Source of the DNA: Squalus acanthias
Taxonomy: Eukaryota
Direction: 5' to 3'
DNA length: 64,000 nucleotides
NCBI GenBank assembly: GCA_030390025.1
Contig: JASTWF010000034.1
Span: 868,001 to 932,000 of the forward strand
The notes under the pieces are model-generated. The model searched no databases. It was given only the letters and a program-made list of their open reading frames with translations, and was not told where the DNA came from. Position 1 is the stretch's first letter. Each line of letters opens with the position of its first letter. Made by a program: the position numbers and the translations under genes. Below are positions 36,586 through 49,871 of the stretch, piece by piece.

Positions 36586-36949
36586 CTGTCAACAGTAAAA
36601 TGATTCATATTAATCCCAGATCCAGTACCTGGAATACAGTGGGGCTGTTTTTGTGACTGGGATTGTATCTAATTTCATTATAGTTGTAATTAATGTGTGT
36701 TTGAATTACTTACATTAATATTAAATTGTTCCTTTCTGCCCTTTGCCTTGTTTATTGGGACTAAACTCACTGCCAGTGTCAGCTGTCACTCCAGCTCCTC
36801 CCACACTGACATCCCACTGATGGGCCGTAACCAGGGGCGGGGCCCTGTTTCCAAGTGACATCACACAGGAGCAGGGAGCCAATCAATCATAGAGCAGCCT
36901 GGAAAAATGTTAAAGCGGCCAAGCCCCTCCCAATCCCCCCGGGGCAGGT

Positions 36950-39900
36950 ACATAACGAACATACGAATTAGGAGCAGGAGTCGGCCATTCGGTCCCTCAT
37001 GCCTGTTCCGCCATTCAATAAGATCATGGCTGATCTGATTACTCCACTTTCCTGTCCAACCCCCGATAACCTTTCACCCCCTTGCTTATCAAGAATCTAT
37101 CTACGTCCGCCTTAAAATATTCAAAGAGTTTGCTTCCACCGCCCTCTGAGGAAGAGAGTTCCAAAGACTCACGACCCTCTGAGAAAAAACATTCTCCTCA
37201 TCTCTGTCTAAAATGGGCGCTCCATTATTTTTAAACAGTGACCCCTAGTTCTAGATTCTCCCACAAGAGGAAACATCCTCTCCACATCCACCCTGTCAAG
37301 ACCCCTCAGGATCTTATAGGTTTCAATCAAGTCACCTCTTATTCTTCTAAACTCCAGTGGATACAAGCCTAGCCTGCCCAACCTTTCCTCATAAGATAAC
37401 CCGCCCATTCCAGGTATTAGTCTAGTAAACCTTCTCTGAACTGCTTCCAACGCATTTACATCCTTCCTTAAATAAGGAGACTAATACTGTACTCAGTACT
37501 CCAGATGTGGTCTCACCAATTCCCTCTATAACTGAAGTATAAACTCCCTACTTTTGTATTCAATTCCCCTCGCAATAAACATTAACATTCTATTAGCTTT
37601 CATAATTACTTGCTGTACCTGCATACTAACCTTTTGTGATTCATGCACTAGGACACCCAGAACCCTCTGCATCTCAAAGCTCTGCAATCTCTCACCATTT
37701 GGATAATATGCTTATTTTCTTTTCCTGCCCAAATGCACAATTGCACATTTTCACACATTATACTCTATTTGCCAGATCTTTGCCCACTCACTTAACCTAT
37801 TTATATACCTTTGTAGCCTCCATATGTCCTCTTCACAATTTACTTTCCTACCTATCTTTTTGTCATCAGCAAATTAAGCAACCATACCTTCGGTCCCTTC
37901 ATCCAAGACATTTATATAAATTGTAAAAAGTTGAGGCCCCAGCATTATCCCTCTGGCACACTACACATTACATTTGCTAACCAGAAAATGACCCATTTAT
38001 GCCTACACTCTGTTCCGGTTAGCTTGCCAATTTTCTATCCATGCCAATATGTTACCCCCTACACCATGAGCTTTTATTTTCCGAAATAACCTTTGATGTG
38101 GCACCTTATCAAATGCCTTCTGGAAATCTAAGTACAGTACATCCACCGGTTCCCCTTTATCCACAGCACATGTTACTTCCTCAAAGAACTCCAATAAATT
38201 GGTTAAACATGATTTCCCTTTCACAAAACCATGCTGACTCTGCCTGATTACCTTGAACTTTTACAAGTGCCCTGCTATAACGTCTTTAATAATAGTTTCT
38301 AGCATCTTCCCTAAGACAGGTGTTAAGCTAACTGGCCTGTAGTTTCCTGCTTTCTGTCTCCCTCCCTTTTTGGATAAAGGAGTTACAATCGCTATTTTCT
38401 AATCTAATGGAACCTTCCCCGAATCTAGGGAATTTTGGAAAATTAAAACCAACGCATCAACTGTCTCACTAGCTACTTCTTTTAAGACCCGAGGATGAAG
38501 TCCATCAGGACCCGAGGACTTGTCAACCCGCATCTCCAACAATTTCCTCAGTACTACTTCCCTGGTGATTGTAATTTTCTTGACTTCCCCCCTCCCTTCC
38601 ATTTCCTGATTTACAGCTGTTTCTGGGATGTTACTTGTATCCTCTATAGTGAAGACCGATGCAAAATACCTGTTCAATACAACTGCCATCTTCTTATTTT
38701 CCATTATTAATTCCCCAGTCTCACTTTTTATAGGACCAACGCTCCCTTTGTTAACTCTTTTCTTTTTAGAATATCTATAGAAACTCTTACTATCTGTTTT
38801 TATATTTCTAGCTAGCTTTCTCTCGTACTCTAATTTTTCTCTCCTTATTAATCTTTTATTAATTTTTTGCTGTTTGTTTATATTCTGTCCAATCTTCTGA
38901 CCTGCCACCCATCTTTTCACAATTATATGCTTTTTTTTAAAGTTTGATACTATCTTTAACTGTTTTAGTTAACCACGGATGGTGGGTCCTCCCCTTGGAA
39001 TTTTTCTTTCTCGTTGGAATGGATCTATTCTGTGTATTCTGAAATATCCCATTAAAAGTCTGCCACTGCAGCTCTATTGACCTATCGCTTACTCTAGTTT
39101 GCCAGTTCACTTTAGCTAGCTCTGCTATCATGCCCTCATAATTGCCCTTATTTAAGTTAAAAAAAACTAGTCTTGGACCAACTCTTCTCTCCCTCAAACT
39201 GAATGTAACATTCAATCATATTATGATCGCTGCGACCTAGGGGCACCTTCACTATGTGGTCATTAATTAATCTTATCTTGTTTCACAAGACCAGGTCTAC
39301 TATAGCCTGCTCTCTGGTTGGCTCCAGAACGTGCTGTTTTAAGAAACTGTCCCAAAAACATTCTATGAACTCCTCATCTGGGCTACCTTTGCCCATCTGA
39401 TTTTTCCATCTATATGTAGATTAAAATCCCCCATGATTATTGCCGTACCTTTCTGACAAGCTCCCATTATTTCTTCCTTGATACTCCATCCTAACGTGTA
39501 GCTACTGTTAGGGGGCCTGTACACCACGTCCACAAGTGACTTCTTGCCTTCATCATTTCTCATCTCTACCCAAACCGCTTCTACATCCTGGTTTCCTGAA
39601 CTTAATCAACCCTCTATTGCGCTAACACCATTATTAATTTACAGAGCCACCCCTCCACTTTTTCCTAAATATCATGTACCCTTCAATATTCAGGTCCCAA
39701 TGTTTGTCATCCTGCAGCCATGTCTCTGTAATGGCTATCAGATTGTACTTATTTAATTCTATTTGCGCCATCAGTTCATCTGTTTTGTTTCGAATTCTTC
39801 GTGCATTCAGATACAGAGCCTTTAGTTTTGTCCTTTTATTATTTTTGTAACATTTAGCTTTATCTGTTGATTTACTCTTAGATTTGTACTCTCTATCCCT

Positions 39901-40200
39901 TCCCGTCACGGTCTGTTTATCATTTCCCATATTAATACCTTTCTCCCTTGTCTTGTTTCTACTCTTTGAATTACCACATCTTCCCAGATTTGATCCCTGG
40001 CCCCCAATATTTAGTTGAAAGCCCTCTCTACCGCCCTAGTTATATGACTCGCCAGAACACTGGTCCCAGCACGGTTCAGGTGAAGACCAACCCAACGGTA
40101 CAGATCCCAATTTCCCCAGTACTGGTCCTAGCACCCCAGGAAGCAAAACCAATTTCTCCCATGCCAGTCTTCGAGCTACGCATTCATCTCTCTAATTTGA
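36950..40200 (-). mobile_element. CR1 LINE, decayed ORF2 spanning endonuclease, RT and 3' UTR
   Basis: All ORF2 motifs in order; 38282-40200 is paralogous to 5929-7848. Confidence 0.93.
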
Positions 40201-43200
40201 TGGAACAGGGCAGAGGAAGCTTTACTCTGTATCTAAACCGTGCTGTATCTGCCCTGGGAATGTTTGATGGGTATTTGTAGAGGGAGCTTTACTCTGTATA
40301 TAACCCGTGCTATACCGACCCTGGGAATGTTTGATGGGACAGTGTAGAGCGAGCTTTACTCTGTATCTAACCCGTGCTGTACCTGCCCTGGGAGTGTTTG
40401 ATGGGACAGTACAGAGGGAGTTTCACTCTGTATCTAACGCGTGCTGTACCTGCCCTGGCAGTGTTTGATGGGACATTGTAGAGGGAGCTTTACTCTGTAA
40501 AAAGGGCAGTAGACAGAAGGCTGGTAACTATAGACCGGTTAGCCTAACATCTGTGGTAGGTAAAATTTTGGAGTCCATTATTAAGGAAACAGTAACAGGA
40601 CATTTGGATAATCATAATTTAATAGGACAAAGTCAGCATGGTTTTACGAAGGGGAAGTCATGTTTGACAAATTTGCTGGAGTTCTTTGAGGAAGTAACAT
40701 ATAGAGTGGATAAAGGGGAACCAGTAGACGTAGTGTATTTAGACTTCCAAAAGGCATTTGACAAGGTGCCACACAAAAGATTATTGCTTAAGGTAAAAAA
40801 TCACGGGATTGGGGGTAATATTCTGGCATGGATAGAGGATTGGCTATCTAATAGAAAGCAAACAGTTGGGATAAATGGTTCATTCTCAGACTGGCAATCA
40901 GTAACTAGTGGTGTTCCACAGGGGTCAGTGCTGGGTCCCCAACTCTTTACAATCTATATTAACGATTTGGAGGAAGGGACCAAGTGTAACATATCAAAAT
41001 TTGCAGATGATACTAAGATGGGAGGGAAAGTAGTGAGTGAGAAGGACATAAAAAAACCTGCAAGGGGACATAGACAGGCTAAGTAAGTGGGCAGAGATTT
41101 GGCAGATGGAATACAACACTGGAAAGTGTGAGGTGATGCACTTTGGCAGGAAAAATCCTAGAGCAATTTATTATCTTAATGGCAAGAAACTGGAGAGTAC
41201 TGAAGTGCAAAGGGATCTGGGGGTCCTGGTGCACGAAACTCAAACGGTTAGTATGCAGGTGCAGCAAGTGATTAAGAAGGCAAATGGAATGTTGGCTTTC
41301 ATTGCTAGGGGGATAGAATATAAAAATAGGGAGGTATTGCTTCAGTTGTACAAGGTATTGGTGAGACCGCACCTGGAATACTGCATACAGTTTTGGTGTC
41401 CTTACTTAAGGAAAGACATCCTTGCTGTCGAGGCAGTGCAAAAAAGGTTCACTCGGTTAATCCCGGGGATGATGGGGTGGTCATATGAAGAGAGGTTGTG
41501 TAGATTTGGACTCTACTCATTGGAGTTCAGAAGAATGAGAGGCGTTCTTATTGAAACATATAAGATTGTGAAGGGGTTTGATCGGGTGGATGCGGGGAGG
41601 ATGTTCCCGATGACGGGTGAGACTAGAACTAGGGGACATAGTCTTAGAATAATGGGCTGCTCTTTCAAAACTGAGATGAGGAAAAACTACTTCACTCAGA
41701 GGGTGGTAGGTCCATGGAATATGCTGCCACAAAAAGCTGTAGAAGCTACATCATTAAATACATTTAAAACAGAAATAGACCGTTTCCTGGAAGTAAAGGG
41801 CATTAAGGGTTACGGGGCGCGGGCAGGAATTTGGACATGAGTCTAGGTTCGGATCGGTCATGGCCCTGTGGGTAGTGGAGCGGGCCCAGGGACCGTGTAG
41901 CCTGATTCTGCTCCTATTTCGTGTGTGCAATTCTGTTAGATGCAGGAGATGGTTCTGTGATAGTAGATAGTAGATTGGCGGTTAGGATCAGATCAGCCAT
42001 GATCTTATTGAATGGCGCAGCAGGCTCGATGGGCCGATTGGCCGACTCCTGCTCCTATTTCTTATGTTCTTATGTTCTTATGTATCTAACCCGTGCGATA
42101 CCTGCCCTGGGAGTGTTTGATGGGATAGTGTAGAGGGAGCTTTACTCTGTATCTAAACCGTGCTGTATCTGCCCTGGGAGTGTTTGATGGGTCTTCGTAG
42201 AGGGAGCTTTACTCTGTACCTAACCCGTGCTGTACCTGCCCTGGGAGTGTTTGGTGAGTCTTTGTAGAGAGAGCTTTACTCTGTATCTAACCCGTGCTGT
42301 ACCTGCCCTGGGAGTGTTTGATGGGTCTTTGTAGAGGGAGCTTTACTCTGCACCTAACCCATGCACTACCTGTCCTGCGAGTGTTTAATGCGACAGTGAT
42401 GAGGGAGCTTTACTCTTTCAAAAGTGCTGTACCTGCCCTGGGAGTGTTTGATGGGACCGTGTAGAGGGAGCTTTAATCTGTATCCAACCCGTGCACTACC
42501 TGCCCTTGGAGTTTTTGATGGGACAGTGTAGAGGGAGCTTTACTCTGTATCTAACCCGTGCTGTACCTGCCCTGGGAGTGTTTGATGCGACAGTGTAGAG
42601 GGAGCTTTACTCTGTATCTAACCTGTGCAGTACTTGCCCTGAGAGTGTTTGATGGGACAGTGTAGAGGGACCTTAATTCAATATCTAACACGGGCTGCAC
42701 CTGCCTGTGAAAGTTTGATGGGACAGTGTAGTGGAAGCTTTACTCTGTATCTAACCCGTGCTGTGCCTGCCCTGGGAGTGTTTGATGGGACAGTGTAGAG
42801 GGAGCTTCACTCTGTATCTAACCCGTGCTGCACCTGCCCTGGGAGTGCTTGATGGGACAGTGCAGAGGGAGCTTTACGCTTTATCTAACCCCGTGCACGA
42901 CCTGCCCTGCGAGTGTTTGATGGGGCAGTGTAGAGGGAGCTTTACTCTGTACCTAACCCGTGCACTACCTGCCCTGCGAGTGTTTGACGGGGCAGTGTAG
43001 AGGGAGCTTTACTCTGCATCTAACCTGTGCTGTACCTGCCCTGGGAGTGTTTGATGGGATTGTGTAGAGGGCTCTTTACTCTGTATCTAAACCTTGCTGC
43101 ACCTGCCCTGGGTGTGTTTGATGGGATTGTGTAGAGGGATCTTCACTCTGTATCTGAACCTTGCTGTACGTGCACTGGGAGTGCTTGACGGTCAGTGCAT

Positions 43201-45360
43201 TGTGCGCTTTACTGTATATCTAACCCATGCTGTACCGAACCTGCGAGTGTTTGATGGGACTTTGCAGAGGGAGCTTTACTCTGTACCTAACCCCGTGCAC
43301 TACCTGCCCTGCTGGTGTTTGATGGGGCAGTGCAGAGGGAGCTTTACTCTACATCTAACCGGTGCTGTACCTGCCCTGTGTGTGTTTGATGGGACAGTGC
43401 AGAGGGAGCTTTACTCTGTAGCTAACCCGTGCTGTACCTGCCCTGGGAGTGTTTGATGGGACAGTGTAGAGGGAGCTTTACTCTGTACCTAACACGAGCA
43501 CTACCTGCCCTGCGAGTGTTTGATGGGGCAGTGTAGAGGGAGCTTTACTCTGCATCTAACCTGTGCTGTACCTGTCCTGTGAGTGTTTGATTGGACAGTG
43601 TAGAGGGAGCTTTACTCTGTATCAAACCCGTGCTGTACCTGCCCTGGGAGTGTTTGATGGGACAGTGTAGAGGGAGCTTTACTCTGTATCTAACCCGTGC
43701 TGCACCTGCCCTGGGAGTGTTTGATGGGACAGTGTAGAGGGAGCTTTACTCTGTATCTAACCCCGTGAACAACCTGCCCTGCGAGTGTTTGATGGGGCAG
43801 TGTAGAGGGAGCTTTACTATGTACATAACAGGTGCACTACCAGCCCTGCGAGTGTTTGATGGGGCAGTGTAGAGGGAGCTTTAATCTGTAACTTACCCAT
43901 GCACTAACAGCCCAGCGAGTGTTTTATGGGACAGTGTAGAGGGAGCTTTATTCTATATCTGACCATTGCAGTACCTGCCCTGGGAGTGTATGATGGGATT
44001 CTGTCGAGGGATCTTTACTCTGCAACTTACCTGTGCTGTACCAAAACTGGGAGTGTTTGATGGGACAGTGTAGAGGGAACTTTACTCTGTAACTAACCTG
44101 TGCTGTACCTGCCCTGGGAGTGTTTGATGAAACAGTGCAGAGGGAGCTTCATTCCATACCTAATCCATGGTGCACCTGCCCCGGGACTGTTTGATGGGAC
44201 AGTGTAGAGGGAGCTCTACTCTATATCTAACCATTGTTGTATCTGCCCTTGGTGTGTTTGATGGCACAATGTATAGTGAGCTATACTCTGTATCTAACCC
44301 GTGCAGTACCTGGCCTTGGAGTTTTTGTTGGAACAGGATAGAGGGGTCTTTACTCTGTATCTAACCCGTGCTGCAACTGCCCTGGGAGTGTTTGATGGGA
44401 CAGTGTAGAGGGAGCTTTACTCTGTATCTAACCCGTGCTGTACCTGCACTGGGAGTGTTTAATGGGGCAGTGCAGAGGGAGCTTTACTCTGTATCTAATC
44501 CATGCTGTACCTGCCATGGGGCTGTTTGATGGGACAGTGTAGAGGGAGCTTTACTGTGTTGCTAAACCGTGCTTTACCTGCCCTGGCAGTTTTTGAGAGG
44601 ACAGTGTCGAGGGAGCTTTACTCTGTACCAAACCCATGCACTACCTGCCCTGCGAGGGTTTGCAGGGGCAGTGTGGAGGGAGCTTTACTCTGTACCTAAC
44701 CCGTGCACTACCTGCCCTGCGAGTGTTTGATGGGTCAGTGTAGAGGGAGCATTACTCTGTTTCTAACCTGTGCTGCACCTGCCCTGGGAGTGTATGATGG
44801 GATTCTGTAGAGCGATCTTTACTCTGTATCTAACCCGTGTTGTACCTGCCCTGGGAGTGTTTGATGGGACAGTGTAGAGGGAGCTTTACTCTGTATCTAA
44901 TCCATGCTGCCCCTGCCCCGGGGCTGTTGGATGGGACAGTGTAGAGGGAGCTCTACTCGATATCGAACCATTGTTGTATCTGCCCTTGGTGTGTTTGATG
45001 GCACAATGTATAGTGAGCTATACTCTGTTTCTAACTCGTGCAGTACCTGGCCTGGGAGTGTTTGTTGGAACAGGATAGAGGGGTCTTTACTCTGTATCTA
45101 ACCCGTGCTGGTCCAGACCTGGGAGTGTCTGATGTGATAGTATACAGGGAGCTTTACTCAGTATCTGACCCGTGCTGAACCTGCCATGGGAGTGTTTGAT
45201 GGGGCAGTTTAGAGGGAGCTTTACTCTGTATCTAACCCCTGCTGTACCTGCCCTGGGAGTGTTTGATGGGACAGTGTAGCGGGTGCTTTACTCTATATCT
45301 AACCATTGCTGTACCTGCCCTGGGAGTGTTTGATGGGATTCTGTAGAGGGATCTTTACTC
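40200..45360. repeat. 67-bp satellite array with a CR1 insertion
   Basis: Same unit and orientation as 7848-12595. Confidence 0.95.
40500..42082 (+). mobile_element. 5'-truncated, relatively young CR1 LINE
   Basis: RT ORF nearly intact with a frameshift at the A-run ~41050; (ttcttatg)n tail at 42059-42082. Confidence 0.94.
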
Positions 45361-46412
45361 GTCAGGATACAGCGTAGGGATAATGGGTAGGTACTCAAAT
45401 TGGCAGGATGTGACTCCTGGTGTCTGGCAGGGCTGTATTTTGGGGCCTCAGCTATTCACAATATGTATTAATGACTTAGGTGATGTCATAGAAAGTCATA
45501 TGTCCAAATTTGCCGATGACACAAAGATAAGCAGTGTAGGTGAAAGCATAAAATTACAAAGGGATTTTGACAGATTAAGGGAATGGGCAAAACTATGGCA
45601 AATGGATTTCAATGTAAGCAAATGTGAGGTCAATCACTTTGGACCCTAAAAGGATAGAACAGGTTACTTTCTAAATGGTGAAAAGCTAAAAAGAGTGGAT
45701 GTCCAAAGAGACTTGGGGAGTCCAGATACATAGATCATTAAAATGTCATGGACAGGTACAGAAAATAACCAAAAAGGCTCATGGAATGCTGGTCTTTATA
45801 TCTAAAGGACTAGATTACAAGGGGGTAGAAGTTATTCTGCAGCTATACAAAACCCTGGTTAGACCACACCTGGAGCACTGTGAGCAGTTCTGGGAACCGC
45901 ACCTCAGGAAGGATATATTGAGCCTTGGAGGGAGTGCAGCGCAGGTTTACCAGAATGATACCCAGACTTCAAGGGTTAAGTTACGAGGAGAGATTACACA
46001 AATTAGGGTACTATTCCCTAGAATTTAGAAGGTTAAGGGGTGATCTGAGCGAAGTTTTCAGGATATTAAGGGGAACAGATAGAGTAGATAGCGAGAAACT
46101 ATTTCCATTGGTGGGGATACTAGGACTGGAGGCACAGTCTAAGAATTAGAGGCAGTCCTTTCAGGAGTGAAATTAGGAAAAACTTCGACACACAATGTGG
46201 TGGAAATTTGGAACTCTCTTCCACAAACGGAAGTGGACGCTAGATACATTGTTAATTTTAAATCGGAGATTTATTGCTTTTTGTTAACCAAAGGTATGAA
46301 GGGATATGGGCCAAAGGCGGGTCGATGGAGTTAGATCGCAAATCAGTCAATGATCGCATTGAATGGGGCAACAGGCTCGAGGGGCTGAATGGCCGACTCC
46401 TCTTCCTATGTT
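45361..46412 (+). mobile_element. CR1 3' fragment, paralogue of 12925-13990
   Basis: Same 5' breakpoint gtcaggatacagcg and shared lesions. Confidence 0.92.
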
Positions 46413-47261
46413 CCTCAGTGTAGGATCCGTTGACATGTTAGCCCACCCCAAATGCATTACCTCACACTTCTCCGGATTGAATTCCATTTGTCACAATCTC
46501 CCTGCATGTAGCATGAGATATACACAGAGTAAAGCTCCCTTTACACTGCCCAATCAACATGTCCAAGGGCAGGTATAGCACCGGTTAGATAGAGAGATAC
46601 AGAGTAAAGCTTCCTTTACACTGTCCAATCAAACAGTCCAAGGGCAGGTATAGCACCGGTTAGATAGAGAGATACAGAGTAAAGCTCCCTTTACACTGCC
46701 CAATCAAACAGTCCAAGGGCAGGTACAGCACAGATTAGATAGAGAGATACAGAGTAAAGCTCCCTTTACACTGCACATTCAAATAGTCCAAGGGCAGGTA
46801 CAGCACGGGTTAGAGAGAGAGATACAGAGTAAAGCTCCCGTTACAATGCCCAATCAAACAGTCCAAGGTCACGAACAGCACGGGTTAGATAGAGAGATAC
46901 AGACTAAACCTTCCTCTGCACTGTCCACTCAAACACTCGCAGAGCAGGTACAGCGCGGGTGACATGCAAAGCTCCCTCTAATACAGCATGTGCAGCGTAC
47001 AGCTCCCTTGACACTACCCAATGAAGCACAACCAGCTCGGGTACAGCATGGGATGAATACAGAATAAAGATCTCACTACAGGCAAGTGTCAAACACTCCC
47101 GGGTGAGGTACGGGCAAGGTTTCTCTGCGAGTTAAGCTCCGCTCAACTTGCCGCATCAAAGGCCGAGCCTGATGGCAGATGTTGAACAGCTCCCAGAATC
47201 TGGTTAGACTCTCACCTCAGCAGAATCCTGGACTGATGGGATTCTCAGTAAAGTTCCTCAC

Positions 47262-47432
47262 CTTTCCAATCGTTGTTGAATCTTCCCGTTTTATCCCGTC
47301 TCCGACACTGGGGTTCTCGATCCCACCAGATCTGCTCTGTGAACACAGCGACATTTCTCCAGTCCCAGTCAGTGAGGCGATGATTCGACTTCTCTCTCTC
47401 CACCTTCCTGAGATATTGCTCACTCCCAGAGA
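47262..47432 (-). other. Putative start exon copy 4: MSLCSQSRSGGIENPSVGDGIKREDSTTIGK
   Basis: ATG at 47354, donor AAG|gtgagg; upstream donor GG|gtgagt at 47606. Confidence 0.5.
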
Positions 47433-48089
47433 CTGTCAATAGAAAAATGATTCATATTAATCCCAGAATACAGGGGGAGCATTTTTCTGACCATAATTAT
47501 ATTCAATTTGATTATTTTTGCAATTAATCAAGGTGTTTGAATTACTTACTTTAATATTGAATAGTTCTTTTCTGTCCATTGCCCTGTTTATTGGGACTAA
47601 ACTCACCCCCAGTGTCAGCTGTCACTCCAGCTCCTCCCACACTGACATCCCACTGATCGGCTGTAACCAGGGGCAGGGCCCCGTCTCCAGGTGACATCAC
47701 ACAGCAGCCAGGAACGATGTCACAAAGCGGCCGGAGCCCCTCCCACTCGAGGTGTCACAGGGTCACATTGACCAGGCTCTGCTCCTGGTGTGCAGTCTCA
47801 CTGGGCATGAACACAGGGTTTACAATCAGCCCCGTCTCCGAGAATGAACCGGGATCCTGCCCTACATCTCTCCCGAGTTTTATTTCCATCGGTGTAAAAT
47901 GGGTGGCTGATTCACAATTACCCGGTTTGTACTAAAGCACCTACTAAACGTCAAACTCTACCCCAGTGTTTCTTTCCTTCTCTACGTATCTGCTCCCTCA
48001 CTGTCTCTGCCTCTCTTTCTCTCTCCACAGTGAGGGATGCGTCTGGGGCTGGGATCATACTGTGCGGACAGGATCAGAATATCAGTTAG

Positions 48090-49165
48090 CTTCTCTTCCC
48101 GCTCCCACATCGTAACCTCTTGTTTCCCCCAAGGATCTGTCCTTCGCGCCCTTCTATTTCTCATCTACATGTTGCCCCTTGGTGACATCATCCAGAAACA
48201 CAGTCAGTTTCCACATGTACGCTGACCACACCCAGCTCTACCTCACTACCTCTTCACTCGACCCCTCCACGGTGTCTAAATTGTCAGACTGCTTGACCGA
48301 CATGAGCAAAAGTTTCTCCAAGTAAATATTGGGAAGACCGAAGCCATTGTTTTCGGTCCCTGCCACCAACACCGTTCCCTCGCCACAGACTCAATCCATC
48401 TCCCTAACTTCTGTCTCAGGCTGAACCACACTGTTCGCAACATTGGTGTCATATTTGACCCTGAAATGAGCTTCCGACCACATATCCACAGCATAACAAA
48501 GGCCGTCTACTTCCACCTCCATAACATCGCCCGTCTCCGCCCTTGCCTCCTCTCATCCGCTGCTGAAACCCTCATCCATGCCTTTGTTACTTCTAGACTT
48601 GACTATTCCAACGCACTCCTGGCTGGCCTCCCACATTCCACCCTATGTAAACTTGAGGCCATCCAAACCTCGGCTGCCCGTGTCCTAACTCACACCAAGT
48701 CCCGTTCACCCATTTCCCCTGTGCTCGCTGACCTACACTGGCTCCCGGTTAAGCAGCACCTCGATTTCAAAATTCTCATCCTTGTTTTCAAATCCCTCCA
48801 TGGCCTCGCCCCTTCCTATCTCTAATCTCCTTCAGCCCCACAACCCCCCGAGATATCTGCGCTCCTCTAATTCTGCCCTCTTGAGCATCCATGATTATAA
48901 TCGCTCAACATTTGGTTGCCGTGCCTTCTGTTGCCTAGGCCCTAATTCTGGAATTCCCAGCCGAAACCTCTCCGCCTCGCTACCTCTCTTTCCTCCTTGG
49001 AGACGCTCATTAAAACCTTCCACTTTGACCAAGCTTTTAGTCACCTGTCCTAATTTATCCTTCTTTGGCTCAATGTCAAAATTTTGTCTTAAAATACTCC
49101 TGTGAAGCGCCTTGGGACGTTTTACTACGTTAAAGGTGCTATTTAAATACAAGTTATAGTTGTTG
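48090..49165 (+). mobile_element. L2-type LINE 3' portion
   Basis: PQGSVL..LLFLIYMLPLG, FVTSRLDYSNALL, LHWLPV, 3' UTR. Confidence 0.9.
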
Positions 49166-49179
49166 TACATCTCTGGCTC

Positions 49180-49275
49180 TATAGAATCATAGAATGGATA
49201 CAGGACAGAAGGAGGCCTTACGGCCCGTCGAGCCCGTGCCGGCTCTCTGCAAGAGCACTTCAGCAAGTCCCACTT
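49180..49275 (-). mobile_element. CR1/SINE 3' tail fragment
   Basis: Minus strand ends ggcctccttctgtcctgtatccattctatgattctat. Confidence 0.6.
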
Positions 49276-49659
49276 ATCCAATCCCCTTTTCATATACTCT
49301 ACACCCCTAACTGTAACACTGATATACCCCACACCCCTCACTGTTACACTGATATACCCTACACCCCTCACTGTAACACTGATACACCACAAACCCCTCA
49401 CTGTAACACTGATACACCACAGACCCCTCACTGTAACACTGATATACCCCACACCCCTCACTGTAACACTGATAAACCACAGACCCCTCACTGTAACACT
49501 GATATACCCCACACCCCTCACTGTAACACTGATTTACCCCACACCCCTCACTGTAACACTGATATACTCCACACCCCTCACTGTAACACTGATATACCCC
49601 ACACTCCTCACTGTAACACTGATATACTCCACACCCCTCACTGTAATTCTGATATGCAC

Positions 49660-49853
49660 TGTCGTAAGAATGAGCCTTACGCGTGGTGAACTTAAAGTAA
49701 GCTTTAATCAACTAAAAAGGTGCTACATACAAAAGAGGTCTTACTCTATGCCTCTCCAGGATCCAACTGCTCAGTCCAGTATTTATCCTGGACTAATCAC
49801 AGGAAGTGATGCAATAAAGTTCGAGTCACAGGAAGCTGTATTGTGTTACCACA
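49660..49853 (-). repeat. Gypsy 3' LTR
   Basis: Direct repeat of 53907-54100; preceded on the minus strand by a G-run plus AGAA. Confidence 0.96.
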
Positions 49854-49871
49854 TTCTCCCCCCCCAAAAGA

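Noticed and set aside
47245..47439. Trp-rich alternative frame (VSGSEQYLRKVEREK...WDW...) of the repeated exon
   Set aside because: Disrupted by the 2-nt (GA)n indel in copies 1 and 3, whereas the MSL frame is preserved in all four
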